Part shown: in pieces, positions 13,101 to 23,407 of the stretch
How the letters are laid out: each line of letters begins with the position of its first letter
Position numbering within the stretch: position 1 is the first letter of the stretch
Source: Styela clava
Lineage: Eukaryota
Length of the DNA stretch: 64,000 nucleotides
Assembly: GCF_964204865.1 (NCBI RefSeq)
Contig: NC_135256.1
Span: 9,734,001 to 9,798,000 of the forward strand
Direction: 5' to 3'
Notes under the pieces: model-generated
The model's database searches: none
What the model was told of the DNA's origin: nothing
What the model saw: only the letters and a program-made list of their open reading frames with translations
Translations under genes and position numbers: made by a program

Positions 13101-16100
13101 CTAGTAAATTTGGTGCTTGCGTAGTTTGTGCACCAAGCTTGCGCACAACCTGAACATAGTATTGTAACAGGTTATGGTTCAGGTTGTGCGTCATTATGAT
13201 GCACAGGTTTGACGAAAAACACTAATACAAATATCGAGCCGTAAAATAAATTGCTCAATGCTGCAAACTCCACACCCATGTAGAAATGATGGGCAATGAC
13301 CCCAAGATGAATAATCACAAATAAAAAAAACTTTATGTCTGAAATCAAACTTGGGCCAAAAAGGTACCCTTATCTGCCGGACTATTAGCAGTTAATCTAG
13401 AGAATCCTGAAAAAATGTGGCTCCACACGATAACATTGTAAAAAATTAAATACCGTCCCTTATCTCGGACTCCGCCGTTCTGGTTTTATATTCATTTTAA
13501 TTAATTAAATATTTATTTTTAAATGAATAAATGCAGATGCAAACACACCACGATGTGTTGCGATGGATGGAATAAGCGACGTTGAGAAAAATGAATGTAG
13601 ATCCGCTAAGCACTGTTGCATCGGAAGAAATGGATATTGCTACGCTCTACCACGTAAGCTGATAGTGTGATATTTTGTAATAGACTAATGAACACCCCTA
13701 AGGGGCGACCCCAATACCCCCCACACACATATTTAGGTTATCTATATATATATATATGTCTGACAGATCCAAAATCACAACTTTTGATGATATGTATATA
13801 AAAATAAATTTAACACCATTTTATGTCAAATTTTTATTAAAAATATATTTCCTATCTCTTTTTCAATCATTTATGCGCATGTTCTGACAAATGTATTGAA
13901 AAAATGACACAAAGCATGATTATATATTAAAAAACTTATGACACCGAAAGTCTGAAACTCCAGTAAATAGTTTTGGTTTTGTCTACGACGACATTTACGT
14001 GTTTGTTTCATACGAAAGACGCCAATTACACGAAACTTATCAATGTGATTGATATCTTTATAATAATAATACGATATTATAATAACAAAAAAAATAAAAA
14101 TCATGTCTATAAAAATTTCAAAATAGTTTTTTGAAATTATACAAAACTTTCTGAAGTAAATTGGCCTGAAAATATTCGCTTATTTTATTGGATTGGCTAA
14201 AATAAAAATTCAAAGCTTTTCCCATCATTTAAATTTCGGGATGATATTTGCTCTAATGGGGTGCGCCAGGCACTGGCTTAAAACAAGAGTTCATTATAAA
14301 AAAAACTACTTGAACGTAAAGAAATGTTAGAATCCAAATAACATGAATCTTTTCGCTTCAGCATGTTTCATGCCCAATATTCCAAATCTTATATAGAATT
14401 TGGGCCTTGGGTGAAACAAAGGACTAGCCAAGCCTCGAATTTTATATAGCCAATTTCAAATATCATCATTTACTAGGACATCAAACCTGGAAACATCCCA
14501 AACATCAACTAGTCACTCATCTAAGTTGGAACTCACAAGCTACTTATAAAGCCACTTATTTCATTATTCATGTGAAGTTGTGAGTCTATATGTATTCTGT
14601 TAAAAATTGGATCTGAAAAATTGGACTGTTCTCTGCTCTGTAATTGCTTAAATAAACCACTCATTATTTAAGGTAAAGTTGTTCCGACGATTGATCCAGA
14701 TAAAACAAATGAAGAAATGTTATCCGATGCAAAAGATATCATGAGATCAATTAAGGGAGGAGCAAGATTTTTAAACATTGGGCCATTTCCTTCTGCGCTT
14801 CTTCCTTATGGAGGAGAAGGTATAGACAAGAGTTAATTTTATATAGTTTCATTCCTTTTCTTTAATGGATTATTGTCCCATTTGATGAAACGCAAAAAAG
14901 ATTTTTCAGATCGAACCTGCATCTCCCGATATAGCATTTGTTAATATTATTTTTAGTAATGCATGCTCTCTTTCAAACGGATTTCAACTTCCTTGTTGTA
15001 GAAATGTTTCATTATATTGTTTTTCTCTTAGCAAATTCGTTTTATTTTCATGGGTGCGAATATAACCACGCTTTTCGATGCCAAGATCATTCATACCGAT
15101 ATTTTTATTTTACCAGATCCGTATCCTGGATTTCCACGATTACCCGCGTTTGTATGCCACAAGAGACCTAGATTCCCAGATAACTGTGATATGGAAGACA
15201 AAAAGGCTTTGAGATACACCAGGAATCCTCCGCTAAATATTCCCTACTGTATCAGGTAGAGGGAGCTTTAGCAACAAATGTTATCCTCTCAGTATTATTG
15301 CAATTAAGACTTGTATAACATTCTGAATGACCATTGACAAGTCTGTTTTCATTGTGGTTGTTAAAGTCAAAAATGCAATGGGGGTAAAATTGGTGATTTA
15401 TCTATATTTTTCGGTAAATAAAAGTTCCACTCATTATATTAAACATTGAAGTTAGTCGAAAGGTATTAAAGACCGGTGTTTGCCACTCATATGGACCGAA
15501 CGAGTATGTTAAATGATTTAGCATATATATGTGTATAAGTACAAATAAAACATCATACGAGCATCCCCGAAGGTAAATATTTTTCCGTTTTTTTTCATCT
15601 TCAGAATCCCTTGTGATCCGGATCTTCCTGAACTTGATGAAAGCAGGACGAAGTGCAGGGAAATGCCAGGATGTTTTTTTGATGTTCAACTGAGAGATTA
15701 TAGAAAAAAGTTTGGTCACAGCGTAATGGCGGGTGTCCCGGTATGCCAACTTGCAATAAGAAACAAAGTTTTTCTTGAAGAAGCGAGAAAAGTTAAAGAT
15801 AAGGTATATCAAATTTTCAGATCATAATGTTTTCAAACTGAGACATTTTCACTCGTTCGTGAACAACTGAATATTTTAATTCCGGAACTCAATCATATTT
15901 CTATTGCATTTTATTCAGACTGGAGAATGGACCCCTTATTTGAATGAATGTCTCCTTGATACCTTTGACGAAATTATTAGAACTAACCACGAAGGATGCA
16001 AGACATTAGAGATGTTAGAATATTTTAAGCATAAACCAAAAATTGCAGGATGGAAAGGTTTGTGTGTTGGAATATTAACATTGGCATTTTAAGTAAGACT

Positions 16101-17881
16101 CAAAACTATGTTAAACGGTGTGTGCCCAATGTAATGCCAGAGAGAGAGAGAGAGAGATTTATTGTCACAAACTGGGTCAACACTTGGGACAATTTGAAAT
16201 TTTGAAAGGTCATATGTCACATAGCACTATATACGGAACGACATCGCTGTTTCTGTCAAATTCAAAAATTGTGGAATGAGAGAGGGAATTAGGGAAAGAG
16301 AAAAAATGCCCAATCATACTAAATACATATGGCCATGTAATTCTCAAGCCTCGTGTTCTGATCTACACTGTATATCATTATTCGGACTTTGGTTCTATAT
16401 GTTCTCTTTTTAGCCACGTCATATAGTCTAAATCTAGGTAATAACAGTTAATACTATTTTAACTTCAAAACAGAATAATATTATTATTCCGAACAGGTAT
16501 AAAAGAATACGATTGTTATCTAATTGCCGGATGTTGGATGACAAAGAAATGCTATTATCCCGTTGATGTCAACAACGTAACAGTGAGCGCATCTCCGACG
16601 GAACACGACGATAAAATACCGAGTGCACTTTATTATGGTCGACCACCTTGTCAGAAATTCGACGATAAAAATGCAAAATCAGCAATTGAAAGTTATCACT
16701 CTTGCCTGGTGTCCGGCTGTAAACTGGATAAACATGCACAAAACTCTTATTATAACTATCTTTTTGATTTTGGGAAGTCGATGGATCCATCTGATCATTG
16801 GGTATTTTGGCGATTGGTGGAAAGTGGGAAATATGGTGCTCATAACTTAGATGAATATAATCTTCTACCAAAGCATGATGTTACAGTGACTCCTTTTTCT
16901 CTCGTTTTCAATTACCCGGCAAAACCAGGCGAATCAAATCTAATTGACGAATTACTACGTCCCGGATCTTCATCGCTTCTGGACATGATAAAAACTGGAA
17001 GTGGCCTGCAAGTACCACCAGCACATCAAAATATCAGAGATAGATTTTTGGAGGATTTGCAAGGCATTCAAACTCCTTGCTCGACCACATTTACGTCGTT
17101 TGGGGCAAGACCTTGTGGCCCGCCAAGATATAAACCAACGGGAGTGCCAAATCATTGTCCCTATCGCCCAATTGAGGATAAGGATTTGAAGCCGCTAAGA
17201 GGAAGTTTCGAAGGCTGTTGCGATATAACGTTATGCTATCATCCGAAAGAAGAAATTCCTAACGCCAGATCAGGCGCTGCCACATATTATTCAACATGGA
17301 GTTACTGGACTGAATGTTCAGCAACATGTGGCAAAGGGAATAAAAAACGATGGCGTCGTTGCATCGGCATGGATCAATCCCAATGCACGGGTAGAACGAC
17401 AGAGAATGAGTCTTGTGAAATAGTTCCATGCAGCTCTTGGAACAAATGGAGCAGGTGGAGTAAATGCTCGTTAACATGTAATAGCGGTGTCAGTACAAGA
17501 ACTAGGACTTGTAAACCCATAGGAGGGTTCTGTCCAGGACCCGATGAAGAAATTGAATCATGCAATAGTGAAAAGTGCAAAATTGATCGTTTATTCGGAC
17601 CATGGTCCGAGTGGAAAGGAAGTTGTAATCCTTGTGGTAAGAGCATTTATAGAAGTCGGGAGTGCGAGGCTACTACTTGCAACGATGACGACCTCTATGA
17701 AATTCAACAGTGCCCGACTGGGTGTGGAACTTGGTCTTCATGGAGCCCTTTTGGTCCATGTACTTGGGATTTTTTCTTCAGAACTTGTCAAAAGACTAGA
17801 ACTCGAGTCTGTAATGGTAAAAATGGAAGGCCTACAGAGTGCCAGGGTAATAGTGTAGATGTTGCTTATTGTATTTGTTAA
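10191..17881 (+). CDS. Secreted Cys-rich protein with trefoil-like modules and 4 thrombospondin type-1 repeats (paralog B, about 737 aa)
   Basis: Exons 10191-10278, 13537-13653, 14673-14819, 15117-15255, 15605-15803, 15919-16057, 16497-17881 (2214 nt, all GT-AG, same intron phases as paralog A). Signal peptide MQLLILLQLTIYFALVLS; TSP1 repeats such as WSYWTECSATCGKG and WSRWSKCSLTCNSG. Confidence 0.88.
10564..13384. mobile_element. About 2.8-kb TIR DNA transposon in intron 1 of paralog B (Academ-like termini, decayed)
   Basis: Termini TAGTCCGGCAGA...TCTGCCGGACTA; imperfect inverted similarity extends about 240 bp (TGGGTGTGGAGT..TTGAGCAATTT, ATGACGCACA.CCTGAACCATAA); flanks ata/tta. Superfamily assignment rests only on recalled TAGTCC termini. 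Confidence 0.6.
16139..16157. repeat. (AG)n microsatellite
   Basis: Run of about 9 AG units in intron 6 of paralog B. Confidence 0.9.
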
Positions 17882-18509
17882 TATATAATAAAATACGAGA
17901 TGAAAATTATTACTTGTTACTTTTATCCCGAATATGTACTACTATATATATTCACTTTTGAAATGTTATATTCATTACATATTTACCTTTTTGTCGTGAT
18001 ACAATTTTATCTTCGCTATTTATTTTATTTTTTTAAGTATCAATCAGTTATCTAGCTTGTTGCTATTACAATAGATAGTCATTGTTTTATATCTGTTTCA
18101 GAATACTTAATCGTTAGTTACTTAGGTAAGTAACGTTTTCTATATCTATATCTTTTCAGAATCCAAGTGCAAATATTGTTTACAAGGTTGTGTGAATGAT
18201 ATTTTGTATTGGCGAATAATTCAAAATGAGTCATGTCTCTGTCTAGCAACAATCGCCATGGTTACGACAAGTTGTATGAGCACTCCAAGTTTGATAATCA
18301 TTATTTTCTTTTGAGCATAATACGATTACGAAATATTATAATTCAGCAAAGATACTAATAGAGCGTGAGCAAACTCTCTTTTTCAAACGTACACACTGAA
18401 ATTTTATATAAAATATTTATCCTTTCTTGGTATTGTTCCTATATATATGTGATGTATTGGGGCCCCTACAGCAGTGTCAACATTGTCACATTTTTGGTAC
18501 TTTTGTATT

Positions 18510-18692
18510 GTGTGTACCAGGTTAGGGTTGGCCCTTACTTTTATTCCGATTTCCCTTATTTTAGTCCCATTACGAGTTCGGGGACTGTCTGTGTTAGCCA
18601 AGTGAATATACCCCCTGCCCATAGGCTTCAGTCCCTTTGCACAACTTGATGTAAAGTAGGCGAACAAAATTATTTACCTTCATATTGGTACA
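18510..18692. repeat. Dispersed repeat (about 190 bp), inverted copy at 41117-41312
   Basis: GGGACTGTCTGTGTTAGCCAAGTGAATATACCCCCTGCCCAT is the reverse complement of about 41187-41228. Carries a GGTTAGGGTT motif reminiscent of non-autonomous Helitron/Helentron-type repeats. Confidence 0.75.
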
Positions 18693-18749
18693 CACACACA
18701 AACTATTTTCGGTTGCGTGGTTAATCGTCGTCTTTTACAAAAGTTATCA

Positions 18750-18812
18750 GATCACGGAAGTAAATAAGGAAGTCAAGACAAATGCGCGATGGAGAAAATA
18801 AGGTCACGTGCT
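18750..18812 (+). promoter_or_regulatory. Putative promoter of the LRWD1-like gene (two ETS sites plus E-box)
   Basis: CGGAAGT 18755-18761, AGGAAGT 18767-18773 and GTCACGTG 18802-18809 in a locally CpG-richer segment. Nearest downstream + strand gene is the WD40 ORF. Confidence 0.4.
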
Positions 18813-18939
18813 AAAAGCACATTCAACATTTGTGTTTCAACGCCTGTCGTTTGGTGCGACCATTGATGATCAATGGTGCGACGGCAGTAGTGTGCTGCCT
18901 GACTGCGCAAATTGCAGGGAAGTTATGTACCGTACTCAT

Positions 18940-19205
18940 AGTGACTAAGTGTTATAGTGGGTTCGAATCTCATACAGATAGTTGGTGGGGATGGCTGGAT
19001 GGGGATACCGTAGTTATGTGCGAGAGGCTTGCTGGATTACTCGTCCTTTGGTTCGCGTACGGTAACTACTGGTACCGGTACCGGTACGGCTTCTTCCTGT
19101 CTTCCGCCACAACTGCATGAAGTCCATGCTCTGATGCTCTCGAAAACAAATGACTGGTACCTAACTACAAAACTAATCCCATAATCCTGTGGCGGGACGA
19201 AAGAC
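18940..19205 (+). mobile_element. Degenerate tRNA-derived SINE copy
   Basis: B-box-like GGGTTCGAATCT followed by GTGCGAGAGG.TTGCTGGA..CTCGTC, shared with the copy at 29123-29320. Confidence 0.55.
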
Positions 19206-19907
19206 TGTGCTTCGCAATATACTTTCAGACTGACACTGACAGGGGCTGACGGACAACTCGACTACACGGACAACTCACCAGAGACAACTCGACTACCTAG
19301 AGGCCTGGTGAGTTGTCCGTCTTTTGGCATTTTCTATGGTGGTGTTTTAGGTCTATAGAAATGCGTTTTTGATATTTTTAGTGCTCAAATGTTGAGAAAA
19401 ATAAATAAATATGCTCTAGAAAGCATTTTTATTTGTATAGGTGGCTTTTTTGATCATGTTGTATGAATACAAATACAGTCTATAGACGAAATTGGAGTAA
19501 CGTTAGCGAAGTTAGACTGTTGACTTATAGGACTGTGTTCGTTTGATTTTTTGAACTTTATTGGTATTAAAAGTTTTGAATGAGCACCTTTAAATATATT
19601 AAAACCTTTATACTTCACAGTAACACTTAAATATTTATGAATGTGAGCTCAGTAATCTATGATTGCAGTAGTCTGAACTCGCCCACGGCAGTCGCCCGAC
19701 AGGCCGTCAACTTACCAGTCGAGCAAACACTCTACGACGTGACGTCATCGATGCTCGAGGTGAAGACAACTCGACTACCGAGCAACGAGAGGCAGGCAAC
19801 TCACCAGCCGAGCAATCGCTCTGCGATATCGATGCTCGAGGAGAAGACCTTGCTTTGCAAAACGCAGACTCAAGAGTTGCATAGCATTTACTTAGTGCCG
19901 ACTGATA

Positions 19908-20200
19908 TTAGTTGTAAGCCAACTCACCACCTGAGTAGTCTACCAGCCGACGGCTAGGTTCCATCTGCTGGGATACAACAATCGGGTTGGAGTTAGGATG
20001 GGTGTCATGGGCCTGGTAGCAGTCCGGGTACTTCCACTCAAACGTTACGTCCTGTTTTTTTAACAGGCTGTACTGTTCCCTTGTCATTGCCACATCTGAA
20101 TTATTAAAACACTTGCGATGAAACCAATTTCGACAGACGTCACAGATGAGTCCCTCCTGCTTCATGGTAACGTTGTCGTCACATTTTTGGAGTAGTCATC
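19908..20200 (-). pseudogene. Degenerate PHD-finger ORF inside the MULE
   Basis: (Q)KCDDNVTMKQEGLICDVCRNWFHRKC...EWKYPDC follows C4HC3 spacing; first Cys lost to a frameshift/stop and seventh ligand Cys changed to Tyr. Confidence 0.7.
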
Positions 20201-20409
20201 TTGAATTCTTGCGTAGTTTTTGTGGAGTTAATATACCGTTAGTCGTCCTCGTTTCAGTATAAAACTGTGATGAAAACGACCTCGGCTAATGAGTATTTAC
20301 GTTTGTAGGGGGGCAGGCCGGCGATAACGAGGCTTTAAACTCGGCGATAACCGAGCAGTAATCTCGGCGCGCGGCTTCATTATCACCGATCTGGTACCTT
20401 ATCTAATCT

Positions 20410-21021
20410 CCGTGCATGGATATCACTTCACTCAGGCCATCATGAAGAATGTGCGTCACAATAATTTGACTCTCCTATACGACAAGTGAGTGGTTAACCA
20501 TATTTATATATGTCTTTGTACATCTTTCACTTCTTTTGTATTAACATGTTTTTGTTTTAGGGACGCTGGAACAAGAGACCTGATCAAGCATGCCATGGCG
20601 CTGTGCTATATACCAGCTATGTTTATTACGTCCAAATTGAAATCACTGAACGAAAAGATGCAAACTCAAGATCCTCGCCGAATATTTTCAAAACACATGG
20701 CTATACAACAGTGTCTGGACTCCCAATGATTGGTCAGTATTCGACGTAGAAATAAGAACCAACAATCATCTGGAAGGTTGGCACCGCCATTTTAACAATA
20801 TAACTCGGAAAAATATGCCTTTTTACAGTTTAATCTCAACAATGTACGAGGTAAGTATAGGGATAGAGGCGGACGTTGTGGGGCGTGTCAACGACAGGTA
20901 TGCGGAAGCCAACGAGAGGGTGCAACGTGTCTGGGAACAGAACAAGGAAAGAGAGTTATCTGTGGACTCTCTTCTTCGAAGGTGTTCAAGGATCTACGGG
21001 CCGCAGTATTGCAAAGAGTAA
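20410..21021 (+). pseudogene. MULE transposase C-terminal remnant (frameshifted, one intron about 20486-20560)
   Basis: HGYHFTQAIMK...LY, then LIKHAMALCYIP, then EYFQNTWL...WSVFDVEIRTNNHLEGWHRHFN: the CxFH motif region and the RTNN.xEGWH catalytic-Glu motif of MULE transposases. Confidence 0.85.
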
Positions 21022-21917
21022 GTATGTAACGCAGCAAATTTCCCATAACGTTTAGTATTCAAATATCATATTAAATTCATTAATCGTAACAAAAAGTAAA
21101 CATCTTCTATCCATTCTTCGGCCCAGTTTCTTTGCCAGGCGCAGCGACAGTGCCTATCTGTTCCTGGTTTTCTTCTGCAAAAAGAAATTCCAACTCTATG
21201 ACTGAAACCTTGCCGTGGTGAGTTGGCTTACAACTAATATCAGTCGGCACTAAGTAAATGCTATGCAACTCTTGAGTTAGCATCTCTTGTTTTGCAAAGC
21301 AAGGTCTTCTCCTCGAGTATCGATATCGCAGAGCGATTGCTCGACTGGTGAGTTGTCTGCCTCTCGTTGCTCGGTAGTCAAGTTGTCTTCACCTCGAGCA
21401 TCGATGACGTCACGTCGCAGAGCGTTTGCTCGACTGGTGAGTTGACGGCCTGTCGGGCGACTGCAGACTACTGCAACTATAGACTACTGAGCTCACATTC
21501 ATAAATATATTTAAGTGTTACTGTGAAGTATAAAGGTTTTAATATATTTAAAGGTGCTCATTCAAAACATTTAATACCAATAAAGTTCAAAAAATTAAAC
21601 GAACACAGTCCTATAAGTCAACAGTCAAACTTCGCTAACGTTACTCCAATTTCGTCTGTAGACTGTATTTGTATTCATACAACATGATCAAAATAAGCCA
21701 CTTATACAAATAAAAATGCTTTCTAGAGCATATTTATGTGTTTTTCTCAACACTTGAGCACTAAAAATATCAAAAACGCATTTCTATAGACCTAAAACAC
21801 CACCGTAGAAAATGCCAAAAGACGGACAAATCACCAGGCCTCTAGGTAGTCGAGTTGTCTCTGGTGAGTTGTCCGTGTAGTCGAGTTGTCCGCCTCCCCT
21901 GACAGGATACCGTACAT

Positions 21918-22996
21918 CAGGGGTGGCCAACCTATGGCGCATGCGCCAAACGTGGCGCATTGCATGATTAGAGGTGGCGCATTGCATCTTTAACCCTTTT
22001 TATGCCAAAATTGTTAATTGCACTTGGCTTCTCCACGCCAAGCCGTTTTTTTTGCGATTTACATGGTGACTTTTGATTGTACCTAAAATCTATTCTCCTT
22101 ACTCCACGTCGCCCACTTACGGCTTGTTGGAATTAGAAACAACAGGCGATTATCGACGTTAGCTTTTGGACGGACTTTATGACATTCATTCTAATTAGTA
22201 AAATTTACTATTTTTTCCCTACTGAAGTAAAATTTCCATTGCCCAGACTTCCCAAATATCTCCCAATAACCATTGAACAACCAGTTGAATTGCCCAAGCC
22301 TAAAAAATTTATTATAAATCAATCCACAACATGCTGAAAATGACCCCTAAATACCACCTTTTTCATCCAAACTTCAAATGACCGTTGTCAACAAAAGTGG
22401 AGCGTAAAATCGCTTGCTGTGACGCAAGTACTAATCTCGAAGAAGCCTGGAGTAAAATCACGCGACGCTAGGCCAAACAGCTGATTAGCAAAGGCCAATT
22501 AGAATCGAGAGTAGAGTAGATATTGATACTAAAGAACTGAGAAAATTTGCCCAGGGTTTTATATGTCGTTTCGGAACGACATATAGATGTGAACAAACAT
22601 TTGCTGCCATGAAACTAATTAAAAGCAGAGCGAGGTCAAGACTTACAGATTTAAATTTGAAGAATGCACTGCTCCTCTCAGTAACAAACTTAACTCCAAG
22701 AATAAAAAAAACTGGCGAGAGTAAAACAGCAGCAAAAGTCTCATAAAGGCGGTACTTAAATAAAATTGATCAGTTTTATTTATTGTACTTCCTTGCTTAA
22801 TTTCTATTCATGTGAAGTTGTAAATTGTAAAAACTACATATACGTGTGTATATATGTGTGTGTATTATAAATTTATATAATTTCAACAAGAAGCGGACAT
22901 TAGGCGTGGCGCGTGGGAATAAAAGAGATTTACGGCGCATCTGAAACATTATGTTTAAAACGTGGCGCATGGTATGTGAAAGGTTGGCCACCCCTG
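21918..22996 (+). mobile_element. Non-autonomous hAT element (Buster/Charlie type) with transposase dimerisation-domain remnant
   Basis: TIR CAGGGGTGGCCAACCT/AGGTTGGCCACCCCTG; perfect 8-bp TSD CCGTACAT (21910-21917, 22997-23004); about 22537-22718 translates LRKFAQGFICRFGTTYRCEQTFAAMKLIKSRARSRLTDLNL. Confidence 0.93.
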
Positions 22997-23407
22997 CCGT
23001 ACATGATAAAGCCACTACCGGTATTTCAACTTTCCTCACAGTTTTAGCTTACCGGTACCACCGTCATCTGGCCATCTAGGCTATTTCAGTCAGTCCGAGG
23101 CTATGGTTTGATTTCAGGACTTGTCAGTTGGCTGACTGTTTTGCTGTTAGATGTTTTAAAACTCAAATGAAACTGGGGCTTAGGCACCGGTACCGGTATC
23201 ACTGTACCGGTACCAACAGACCGGGATATTCCGTGTTTGAATCTGATGTACTAAGTATGGAGTTTGTTGTTATAGTCAGTCCTGTCGCTGTTACTAAATA
23301 CAGAAATGTATCTCTGAACTTCAGTCACCATAATCAGCTTGTTATATTTCCTCTTTATTAGGTAAAACAGTAAAAGGTATAAATTAAAATATTATCTGTA
23401 AGTTGAT

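Larger units (their letters stand above)
19244..21898. mobile_element. Mutator-like (MULE/Phantom-type) element with about 685-bp TIRs, internally deleted
   Basis: TIRs 19244-19930 and 21215-21898 (high identity, subrepeats ACAACTCGACTAC/ACAACTCACCA); 8-bp TSD CTGACAGG at 19236-19243 and 21899-21906; internal transposase and PHD remnants. Confidence 0.92.

Noticed and set aside
18955-18975. GGTTCGAATC T-loop suggesting a tRNA gene
   Set aside because: No cloverleaf; flanks match the SINE family.
19244-19930. Regularly recurring ACAACTC/GACTAC units resembling a CRISPR-like array
   Set aside because: They are subterminal repeats inside a eukaryotic transposon TIR, mirrored in the other TIR; no constant repeat-spacer period and no cas genes.
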